NCBI GenBank assembly: GCA_903901225.1
Contig: CAIUQE010000011.1
Coordinates: 1,453-65,452 of the forward strand
Direction: 5' to 3'
Source: Candidatus Omnitrophota bacterium
GTDB lineage: Bacteria; Omnitrophota; Gorgyraeia; Zapsychrales; Fredricksoniimonadaceae
Length of the DNA: 64,000 nucleotides
This document shows, one piece after another, positions 38,905-48,900 of this stretch. Within the stretch, counting starts at the first letter, position 1. Each line of letters starts with the position of its first letter. The notes under the pieces were generated by a model. That model was not told the DNA's origin. It worked only from the letters and a program-made list of their open reading frames with translations, and did not search any database. Position numbers and translations under genes: made by a program.

Positions 38905-41607
38905 TCACGCGCCCAAAGTGACCTTGAACTCCACCTTCGACGTCGCATCGCCGAAAAATGAAAGCGGTATCCTAGCTTCTTTGCCGGGACCGGATATAAA
39001 GTTCCTGCCCTGCGCTTCCACGGACATGACCCTGTAGGCACCGGCATCAAGCCTGTCGGGATTGGCGTAAACCACATCAACCCCGCGCCCGGCGAACTGC
39101 AGGCACACCTTCGCCCGCCCGGCGGCGTCAAATTCCTCGCGCACAAGCTGTGGCGCGAGCACAAGGTCGCCCGCCTGCCCGCGCACGCCATAAGCCTGGG
39201 TCAAAAGGGTCAGGACATACCAGCTGGCCGATCCCGTTAGGAAATGGTACATGCCCCGGCCCGCGGGATCAAAATATTCCGGGACGCCCGGATAGATCTC
39301 GGCGCGCTGGGGATGGACGCTCATCGCGTAAAGGGAGCGCAGGACCTCGTGCCCTTCACGCGCCAGACCCTGGACATAAAGCGCGTACGCGTACATGACG
39401 CACATATGGCTAAACACGGCGCCGTTCTCCTTGGTGCCGAACGCGAAGCCGAACGCGCGCCCCATGGCCAGATTATGCCGTAACCCGAGGTCCGTATTCA
39501 GACGATAACCTCCCAGCGCTTCATCTTTGAGGAATTTCCCCACCGCCCTGGCCACCGCGCGCGCCTCATCGACGGAAGCGACCCTGTTCATCAGAGGGAA
39601 CACCTGCCCGGTCAGCGTCATCCATATCCGGCCGTCCTTGAGCCCCTCGAAACGCTCGCCATTGTTGTCGTAATACCCGTTGAACCAGGTGTACGACTCA
39701 CCGTCGCGCGCCACCGTGACCTTTTCACGCGTCCGGATATGCGCCAGCACCCACGCGCCTTTTTTGCGAAGATCGGCGATGACGGCGGCCACGTCAAATG
39801 CCACAATCTCGCCGGAAAGTTCAGGCTGGACCGCCTTGAAATATTCATCGAAAAGCCTGCGGCGTTTGGCCCCGGCGTCGTCATAATCAACGGGTTTTCC
39901 CAGGGTATCCAGCAACAAGCCCAGTTCCCTGGCCAACGTGAGCGTGCCAAGGCCCTTCGCGGCCGCCAGGCGCTCCAGGAGCGCGGCAATGGCCAGCATG
40001 TTCCCGCCGTAGAACGACATGAACGCGACGCTTTCGCCGCGCTTGAACGCCATGTCCAGCCCGTCATTCCAGTCGGCACTCTCCAGCCGCGTGATATTGT
40101 GCTCACCCACATTATAGAACTGAACGAGATGCTGGATCAGGATATGTTCGAGGACGCTGCCGCGATAAATGTTGCCTTTTTTATCCTTGAGCTGATTGCC
40201 GCTGGCCGGCGTCCAGCCCGTGTCGCGCGCCGTGCCGCGGGCCATCTGCGGGTCGCTGAAATACGGCACCGGCTCGAACAGGAACGCGTCATCGCCCGTC
40301 TGGTCGACGTAAAGCATTGTTGTCAAAAAGGGCCACACGCCATGGTCCATCCACACGCGCGTGATGGCGTTACGGTCCGCGATGAATTCCCCGGGCTTCT
40401 GCCCGATGATGGTGGCATTCGCCCCGTCGACGCGGACTCCCGCGAAATTGTTGAGCAAGTCACCCCTGACGCGCCCCGGCTCAATGAGGATGAGCGACAA
40501 GAGGTCCTGCCAGATATCGCGCCAACCCTTGCCCCCCTTGCCGTAATCATGGTCCGGCAGGAAAGAACACCCGAAGATCCGGCGCAGGACGGGCTGGAGG
40601 GTCACCCAGCGCATCCACGCGTCGAAATCCGCGTCGGCCGTATGGAAAGTTATGGCGGACGTCTTCCCGGCCCAGAAAGCGCTGTTGGCCTTGAGCGCCG
40701 CGTCGAACTTTTCCGGCGTGTCAAATTGCCCAAAAGCCGCCGCGCACCCCTGCGCGTGCGCGCCCATGCCGATCGCGACAATAAATTCCTTTACCGCGCC
40801 GGGTGCCAGGGTCGTGTCGGCAAACCGCAACGCTCCGACCGCCTCCTGCCCCTGGCGTTCAACTTCGGACAAAAGCCGCGGCGCGCGGCCATCAACAACG
40901 GCCTGGGGCCGTAGCCAGCCGCCATGACTGCCGAAGAATGCCTCACACGTCGGAAATGTCCCGACGGGAGCTTTGCCGCCGTCATCGATCCCGAGCACAA
41001 AATACACATCCGCGCACACCTTGTGCCCTTCTTCATTGAAGCGCATCGTAGGTTCAAGCAAGACACCTTGCGGCACCTGCGTCACGCGGTTCAACAGGGC
41101 CGTCACATGCTCATGGTCATGCTTGTTGGCCAGGGCGCGCCCGAAGATCGGAATGGCCGCCACCGGCGTAACCGTAACTTTCTCGTTCGAAATATTGCGC
41201 ACGGAAAAACGCGTCAGCTCCAGCGTGCCGTTGTCAACGGGAATAAAACTCAAGGCGGATAATTCAAGGCCGATACGGCTGAAGCGGCGCGTCACCTTGT
41301 GCCATAGCTGGCCCACTTCCACGGAAGGCGCCGGAACATCCTGGTCGGCCATGGACACGACCCCCCGGCCTTCGACGCGCGCGAAAAAGTTACGCGCCGC
41401 GCCGCGCAGGTCTTCGCGCGAAACAGGCTTCGTCAGGTAATGGTCCTTATCGGTCTTGATATCGCCGGAAAGATAAGGCGTGATGGAAGACTTGACGGTC
41501 GTCCCGTCAACCCCGCACAAAGGCGCGTAAAGAAAACAGCTTGCGGCGCCGGGCACGCGGAACGAGCTTCCGTCAGGAAGGAATTCATAAAACTTAGCTG
41601 CTGGCAT
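38905..41607 (-). CDS. GH94 glycoside phosphorylase, laminaribiose-phosphorylase-like
   Basis: Motifs DHEHVTALL, FLPDHDYGKGGKGWRDIWQD, ADWNDGLD (catalytic Asp), KENGAVFSHM and LTGSASW. This pattern fits the ~900-aa laminaribiose phosphorylase subgroup. Confidence 0.85.
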   Translation of the reverse strand: MPAAKFYEFLPDGSSFRVPGAASCFLYAPLCGVDGTTVKSSITPYLSGDIKTDKDHYLTKPVSREDLRGAARNFFARVEGRGVVSMADQDVPAPSVEVGQLWHKVTRRFSRIGLELSALSFIPVDNGTLELTRFSVRNISNEKVTVTPVAAIPIFGRALANKHDHEHVTALLNRVTQVPQGVLLEPTMRFNEEGHKVCADVYFVLGIDDGGKAPVGTFPTCEAFFGSHGGWLRPQAVVDGRAPRLLSEVERQGQEAVGALRFADTTLAPGAVKEFIVAIGMGAHAQGCAAAFGQFDTPEKFDAALKANSAFWAGKTSAITFHTADADFDAWMRWVTLQPVLRRIFGCSFLPDHDYGKGGKGWRDIWQDLLSLILIEPGRVRGDLLNNFAGVRVDGANATIIGQKPGEFIADRNAITRVWMDHGVWPFLTTMLYVDQTGDDAFLFEPVPYFSDPQMARGTARDTGWTPASGNQLKDKKGNIYRGSVLEHILIQHLVQFYNVGEHNITRLESADWNDGLDMAFKRGESVAFMSFYGGNMLAIAALLERLAAAKGLGTLTLARELGLLLDTLGKPVDYDDAGAKRRRLFDEYFKAVQPELSGEIVAFDVAAVIADLRKKGAWVLAHIRTREKVTVARDGESYTWFNGYYDNNGERFEGLKDGRIWMTLTGQVFPLMNRVASVDEARAVARAVGKFLKDEALGGYRLNTDLGLRHNLAMGRAFGFAFGTKENGAVFSHMCVMYAYALYVQGLAREGHEVLRSLYAMSVHPQRAEIYPGVPEYFDPAGRGMYHFLTGSASWYVLTLLTQAYGVRGQAGDLVLAPQLVREEFDAAGRAKVCLQFAGRGVDVVYANPDRLDAGAYRVMSVEAQGRNFISGPGKEARIPLSFFGDATSKVEFKVTLGA

Positions 41608-41657
41608 ACGCGCTCCGAGATCCAGGTCTTTCCAGGGGGATCAATACGGAAGAAAGC

Positions 41658-42032
41658 TCACGTGAAGGGGGCTTCAACCTCATGGGCGAACTTGACCAAA
41701 CGGTGCATTTTCATCAACTCGACCTTGTGGAACTCCATCCCGACATCCCACAGTGAACCCGCGCGGCTTCTCGACCAGCGCACCCGTCCGCTGAACTGCA
41801 GCGGCGCGCACCCGTCGGGAGCCTTGACATTGATCGAAATATTATCATCCACAAGAAAACGCTCATTGGTGAACAAGCGGGCACCCGACGCTGAACAATC
41901 TTTCATTTCAACTTCGGTACCGTAATCCGCGGGAGAGTTTTTGAATTTTGTGGGCCACTGGGCTGAAAAACGCTGAAACGTGCGAAGGTCGCTGATTCGA
42001 TTTTTGCCGGTGGGATTGTCACGCGCTTCCAT
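41658..42032 (-). CDS. PilZ domain protein
   Basis: RTFQR (RxxxR) and DCSASG (DxSxxG), plus GRVRW and VGMEF. Confidence 0.88.
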   Translation of the reverse strand: MEARDNPTGKNRISDLRTFQRFSAQWPTKFKNSPADYGTEVEMKDCSASGARLFTNERFLVDDNISINVKAPDGCAPLQFSGRVRWSRSRAGSLWDVGMEFHKVELMKMHRLVKFAHEVEAPFT

Positions 42033-42047
42033 AACAGTTCCTTTTGA

Positions 42048-42401
42048 TCAACCCTTCATTTCCTGATGCAAAAAACGCGTATTCAGCGCTGAATCAAGAT
42101 CCTCAAGCGAACCGTCGATAACATCCGCGAACGTGAGCCCGACGCGATACTGATCGGATTTCGGGATACGGCTCACCCATTTCACCTCACCCACCACAAG
42201 CACAGGTTCCGTATCCGGCTTCAACACCAGCTCAATGGCTACCTTCTCGTTCAACTTCGCGGGATGCTGCGAAACAAATCCAATGCCGTCACGGCTGAGA
42301 TCCACCGTTTTCGTATATGTGAAACCGGCGCCTTCTTTCCCATCAACAGGAACATAACAATCGAACCGTCTGGATTTTCTTTTGTTAGCTGGATTTTCCA
42401 T
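42048..42401 (-). CDS. PilZ domain protein
   Basis: RKSRR (RxxxR) and DLSRDG (DxSxxG), plus GEVKW and VGLTF. Confidence 0.9.
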   Translation of the reverse strand: MENPANKRKSRRFDCYVPVDGKEGAGFTYTKTVDLSRDGIGFVSQHPAKLNEKVAIELVLKPDTEPVLVVGEVKWVSRIPKSDQYRVGLTFADVIDGSLEDLDSALNTRFLHQEMKG

Positions 42402-42407
42402 AAACTT

Positions 42408-42435
42408 ATCTTATTCCTGTTTTAAAAGTTTGCAA
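42408..42435 (-). promoter_or_regulatory. Putative sigma70 promoter of the PilZ-GH94-ABC operon (leaderless)
   Basis: TTGCAA-N16-TAAGAT, with only 6 nt to the ATG and no SD. Confidence 0.45.
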
Positions 42436-42640
42436 GGGTTTTTTCTATTTTTCAAAAACTTAAATCCATGCGACATAATGAGTTATGAAAATAAGCTGGA
42501 CTGTTTAGCAAAATCTTTATAAATATTTTCTTATCTTACTTTGATTAAACTTCTATTGAATATATATCTTATTGGCCAGAACTTCAATCATGCGTTAGCT
42601 TTACATCCCAGCTATTTTGCTTTCAATGCAAGTATAACAC

Positions 42641-42652
42641 GAAAACGTTTTC
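42641..42652. promoter_or_regulatory. LacI-family operator-like palindrome
   Basis: Perfect palindrome GAAAACGTTTTC with central CG, in the AT-rich divergent intergenic region upstream of the sugar operon. Confidence 0.55.
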
Positions 42653-42737
42653 CTTCAAGCGCCGGCAAAAAAAATGACGATTTTTTTCTGTACTCGCATC
42701 CCAGGTTGTATAATTATCCGAAAGCTCAAAGACGCCC

Positions 42738-42929
42738 ATGGCTAACAAAAAAAAGACCGCGAAAATATCGTTTAAAGAATACCTGGCCCTGAAAAAGAAA
42801 GCGGCTGGCAAGAAATTCAGGCTGCACCTCTACCCGCTGCCCGTTCTTACGGCCCTGCTCCTCCCGCTCGCCGTATTCATCATCATGCTTTGCTATTACT
42901 ATCTTTCCGTAAAAAATTTTTCCGATTAA
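42738..42929 (+). CDS. Small single-pass membrane protein
   Basis: 63 aa with a basic N-terminus and one hydrophobic helix. TATAAT at 42709-42714. Confidence 0.55.
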   Translation: MANKKKTAKISFKEYLALKKKAAGKKFRLHLYPLPVLTALLLPLAVFIIMLCYYYLSVKNFSD

Positions 42930-42941
42930 AAAATCTTTTTG

Positions 42942-45900
42942 TCACTGTTCCCCGCGCCCATGGCGTGCGTGAAGATCATTCCACAATAGATCACGCCACG
43001 CGCGATCAAAGACCACGCATGACTGCCCCGGTTTCTTATCCGTGCTCCGCCGCACATATTCAAAATGGCGCCTGTACATTTGCTCCTGCTGGGATATCAG
43101 TCCAAAAGCGCCGGCAGAGATCGACGCCCCATCCTTGCGAGGATAAATGAAATACTGGAATAAATGCACCATGACGATCGCAAGCTCTTCGGGCGGCGCG
43201 TTCAAAACAAACCAGTCGTCGACCCTGATGCTGCGCCCGGCCACATTGATTTCAGCCACCTGCCTGATACTGTCCGCGAGAGATCCGGCTTCGGCCAATT
43301 CTTCACCCGGCCCCACCTGAACCACAAAGTCAGGAAGGTCCTTTGCCGCTTCACCCAGCAACTCCTTGGCTTTACTGAGCGCCGCCTTTACCCGGTTCAA
43401 AGAGGAATTCCTTCCCCCGTTAGTGCTCTTCGCCGGCGCATTCCAGATCTTCGCGGGAAAGAACCGATCCCGGCCGGGATCAGGCAATTCCCGTGGATAC
43501 ACCATCATGACATTCGACCCGCAGCTGGCCAGATCCCCCGGCCGCGAACCTGGGATCACATAATGAAAAGAAGCACCAAAATTCTGGTGGATGTTCATCT
43601 GGAACCTGTCACCGACCACATTAAAATGGAACCAGGCATAATCTTCGAGTGAATCGAATTCACTCAATGCAAAATACCGCTTCACCTGTTCAGTGGCCAA
43701 TACCTCCCCCTCATTAAGGCGAAGGCCGAATTCCCGCACGAGCTTCAGCCTGTCGCGCGCGAATTTTTCACAAAACTCATTATCCTTATCCGAAAGGGAA
43801 AGGGCGAAAAATTTCTTGTAGTCCCCGAACGTTGGCAAGCCTTCATGCTCCCGGCTCGCCCAGATGCCAAAAGTGTCAATAACTTTACGGACATCCACTT
43901 TTCCATCAGGTTTCAGATAAGGCTCAACCCTGAATCCCGGATTGTTGAGAATATGCTCCATAAAAAATTCGGCGCGGCTGTAAGCAACGGGAGGCCGCCG
44001 GCCAGAGTCCATCGCCAGCTCATGGCTCGCGACGATCAGCCGCTTGGTCAACTCAAGGGTCCTGACGCAGTCATCGTTCCTGACGGCAATGATGGAATAA
44101 TCAAGGAGGAACTTCCGGCTCGCGGGGTCATGGCGCAGCGGAACATCATCGTAATGGTCAGGGATCTCCTCCACAAAACTCACGAACACGCCGGCCTTGA
44201 TGACACCGTCGACCCGCGCCACAAAAACATGATTGGGGACGCTGCCACGAACGGGGTCACCGAATATCCGCGCCCGGACGCTCTCGGGTAAAACATCAAT
44301 GCCGCACATGGCTTTCCAGGCGAAGACCTCCAGATCAACGATCTGCTGGACCTCCGGGTCATCCGGGCCAAAGGGCACAAATCTTGATATCGTCACAACA
44401 GGCCCTGGTTGAGATGTTCGCGGCCCGGGCGCATGTTCCAGGGGTTCTTTCATAACATCGCCGGCAAAAGCTTCGCTTTCCTCATGCGTCATGCCGAAAA
44501 TGGCCGCGGCTTCATGGATCAGCGTATAGCGCAGTTCGAAAGATGTTCGTTCATGTTCAGGATTGATAATGATGTAATGCAGGCCGTTAAAAGTGGCGTT
44601 AACGGCAAATATCTTTGTTTGAAAAGCGCGTTCAATTACGCGAAAGATCTTTTTGAGCCCCGGCGGCGCGTTGATGATGATGGCATGCTCGAGGATGTTT
44701 GCTTTTTCATGGCTGCGACGTTCTCTCAATGTCCGCGCCGACGCGTCCCGATCCTCGTCATATTCAAAAACTGCTTTGGCCGCCGCGATCTCCTGTTCAT
44801 GGGCAACGATCCCGGCGCGCAGTTCCGCTTCCCCACGGCGGGACAGTGGGGGGAAAGCATGGGCGGGATCACGTGCCGTGACAAGAGATCTCTGTGTATT
44901 CGCTGAAACATGATAACCAACGTAATACCCGTTAGCGCTTCCCAAAGCTTTATACGCGCCGGCCCTGTAACTGTGGCGGGGCACCAGGGTCAAAAGAGTC
45001 TCCCGCGTCTTCCCGTCATCCCCGCGGAACGTGACCCGGTAAACTTGATCACCATCAGCCCTGTGATCCCGGATGATCCTGTGAATGAATTCCCGCCGTG
45101 CCTGACCCCACGTGATGGCCATGACCTTAGGGCGAAAAGCTTCGGGTTTCCTTTTCCCGACATTGACACCGAACATCTTTGAAACACGCTTCAGCTCATT
45201 GCCCCGATAGGCCCTGACATCCAGGCGCTCCATATACATTTGCATCAACCGGCCCACAGCTCCCTGCGCGGTCTTGCTATCCACGCTCGCGCGCAACAGC
45301 GCATCTTCAAAAATACGCCTCTGATACCAGGAAATATTGGTTTCATCGGGCGCCAATGTCCTCCCGGCATAGCGGACCTCAACCTTCCCTGCTTCACCCG
45401 CGAAAGGGAAAGCCCGGTAACGGACCAACTGGCGGATATATTCACGGGTTTCATACGGCACATTCGCGCGCCAATACATCTTCAGGGGCGTTACCATCTC
45501 TTCCCCGGGAATGTAACGGCGCGCTTTATCGTCCGACAGGATATTGCGTTCTACCAGCTTGAACACCCGGTCCTTCTGAACCACAAGCTGGCCGTATCTT
45601 CTGTAAAGATCGTTGTCAGCTTCCATCAGGGAGCAGCGGGCCGTTTCAAGATCCCCCTGGGAAAAACTTTCCCGCGCAGCCTTCAGGGTTTCGCGCGACG
45701 CACCCTTCGTTGACTCCGTTTTCTCCGTGCCATTTTTCAGATACGCGATCATGTGATCCAGAATTTCCATCACACTGGCCAGCGACAAAACCGGCTTTTT
45801 ATCCGACGCGATAGATAAAAGAACGCGGATATCGTTCCGCAAGCCGGCAACAATGGCCTCTTCCTTCTGGACACTCTCAAGCTTATGGACCCATTGCCTC

Positions 45901-48900
45901 TGTTTCGGGTTCAATCCGAAAAGGTCCATGGCCGAAATATCCACGCGACCGGTCTTGGGGCTCATGACCGCCACATGCTGCGGCATTTTCTCCAGGAAAT
46001 TTGTGACAGCATCAGGCCGACGGTCCATGGCCTCGATCAATGTGGCCGCCGGATCCGGGTTCTGCCAGGTATTGATCAGAAACATTTTCCCGTCATTGGC
46101 CCCGTCAAAGACTTTCTTTGGATCTTGCGTCACGCGCAGATGCCCCGCCCGGATCAGGTCCATCAATTTCCAAAAACGGGCCTTGTCATTGCCGTGATAA
46201 TAGAGCACGACAACCTTGACCCAAGCCGGGAGGCTATCCATGGCCACCGGCGTGAACCCGCTGTACCTGATAAGGCCCATGTCCCGGACGTAATCGGCCT
46301 CCATTGCGTTGGCGGTCTCAACGGCAAAAACTTCACTCTGCTCATGCGTCATGCCGGAAATGGCCGCGGCTTCGTGGATCAGCGTGATAAGCCGCTGACG
46401 GCGTGTCAATGCATGATCAGGGTTAAAGATGATGTAATGCCGGCCGTTGAAGGTGGCGTTGACGGCGAAGATCTTGATCCGGAGGATGCGTTCAAACTCG
46501 CGCAAGACACTTTGCAATTCCGGCGGCGCGTTGATGATGATCACATGCCTGAGGATGTTCTTTTGTTCACAGTTGCGGCGTTCCGGCCACAAACGCATGG
46601 CCACATCCCTGTCAACGTCATACGCGTGAACCTCTTTGACCTTCAGGATCGGCTGCCGCTGCGCCACGATCTCGCCTTGCAAACGGCGCTCTTCGTCGGA
46701 AGATAACGGCCCCGTGGTGCGGGCGGGGTCTCTGTCAAACGTGACGGGTTTTGTATTTCTAAGAATATAATTAACCGTATCGCATTCTAAACGCAACGCA
46801 ATAAGCCCGCTCCTTATTCCTTCAGAAACGAAAGTCCGGCCTGTGGCTTGAACGACCTTTTTCAACCCGCACAACAGAACTTGTTTTTCTTCATCTGTCC
46901 CGGCTTTAGTGTAAACATCCATCAGGGCTTTGATATTTCCATCCGTGGCCATGGCCAAAGAACGGCGCGACATCACCGAACCCAGAGCCCAGGCGAAACA
47001 ACGGCGAGACAAAGGCCCTTCGGCATCAAACATCCGCGCCAAATACTGAGGGAACTCGCGGTCCAGCGGATATCCGGACAAAACGGCCGATCGCAGCAAT
47101 TCAAAGAAAAGATCTTCCCAGCGCGCGGCCTCAACTTCGGATAAATTCGACCTTTCCTTGAACGCTTCCAGGAAATAATAGAAAGTTTCAGGGAACTGCT
47201 CAACACAAGCGGCCAAATTGCTAACTGCCTTGTCAACTTCTTCTGTCGTCACGGAATTTGCCCATGCCGCCATCACCTCACTCCAGCGCCTTCGCGCCGA
47301 GCGGGCCCTTCCCGACAGATAGGACCTGGCCGTATTTGCCGCCTGCGTCGCCTGCCGGACGGCGTCTTCATAACCAACACCGCCAGCCGCCAGGATCCGG
47401 GATTCGTAAGCCAGCGAGGCGAATTGCTCCTCCCTGTTCCAGTTATGCGTCGGCGAAAGAATGATGAATTTCTTCCCGCTCCTGGTCGTGTGGTTCCATG
47501 AAAAAATAATGATATCTTCGGGGCGTACCCATGCCTGAGCATCTTCCTCAAACGCCGCCGTCGCCCAACGGACATCCGCCCGCACCAGCGCCAGCGCGTC
47601 AGCTTTGGATCCGCGCCGGTCCAGGAATTTCCGCAGCTGGCCTTTTTCCTTAGCCGGGAATTTCGGGAATTTGTCCATGACCTTTTCCCGGTCACCCAGA
47701 AAATCCTGCATGTCATCGCGCTCATTTGAACTTAACAATTTGCTGGCGCGAACCGGATCAGCGGATGACGCATTAAAGTCCCTCAACGACGTTGTCCTGC
47801 GGCTGTCCGCGGGATAAGGTTCCTGCGCTAACTTTCCCGCCACGACGCCAGCCACCAGCAGCAGTCCCATCCCCGCCAGGATGGCCGCGACGTGGGCCGG
47901 CGATGTCAGGGCCAGCAGCGCCGCCAGCGGCAATAGGCTGCACTGGATATTCCCGAATGACATTTCTGCCTCGTCGTCAAATTGACAACGTTCAAAACTG
48001 GCACCCGAAAAATTCGCCCCTTCCAGACAGGCTCCCCGGAAATCAACATCCTCGAATGTTGTTCCTCTGAAATCAGCATAACGGCAATCCGCACTGAAAA
48101 GATCGACCCCGGTCAAATATGCCCGGTTCATGCGCGCACGCACAAATGAGGCACGGGCAGCCTTCACATCTTTCATGCGAATGAACATCAATGAAGAATA
48201 GCTGAGGTTGGTTTTCACCAGTCTCACATCAACAAAATGAGCATCCTCAAGTTTGACACGCGACAAATCAGCTTCTTCCAATGTGATCTTTTCCAAAAAA
48301 GATCCGCTCAGGTCAACCCCGGACATGTTCCTCCCTCTGAATATCCCGGGGCACTTGTTACCGATCCATTGAAGCATATGCGCATTAAGTTCAGGCCTGT
48401 CGGCCTCAACGATGCGCCACGCATTCTTCTCAAAACCATTTCCTAGGAAACCAGCTTCATCGAAATGTGTAAAGATATAATTCCGGATAAAAGAAAAAGC
48501 TGTCTCATCCAGGTATGGCCTGTACAAATAAACACTGGCCCTTCCTGAAGCCAGCTTCCTGTATGTGACAATCAACCCCTCCAACATATTTTTATGCCCG
48601 GAATTAACACTTACACAAGGCGCATCAAGTACCAGGGCTGTTTTGCTACCGGAGAAACTATGAACAGATTTTACAAGGATAAGAACACAACCTTCGGGCT
48701 TATCCCAAACAACAGGCAGCCCGGCCCCATGGCATTGCCCTGAAGCCGGATAAAGATCAATGCTGGCTACCGGCACTTTGACCAGCGCAATATCCTTCTG
48801 ATAGCACGCTTTAAGGAACTGGTCCTCCGCATCAGAACAAACGGGACTTACGATCCGGCCCGGGGTCGCAAGGATCGAGAGCTGCGGCACATTTATTCCA

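Noticed and set aside
44462-46730. Repeat pair as a diversity-generating retroelement TR/VR
   Set aside because: Mismatches involve all bases, both copies are coding and in frame, and there is no reverse transcriptase in the window.
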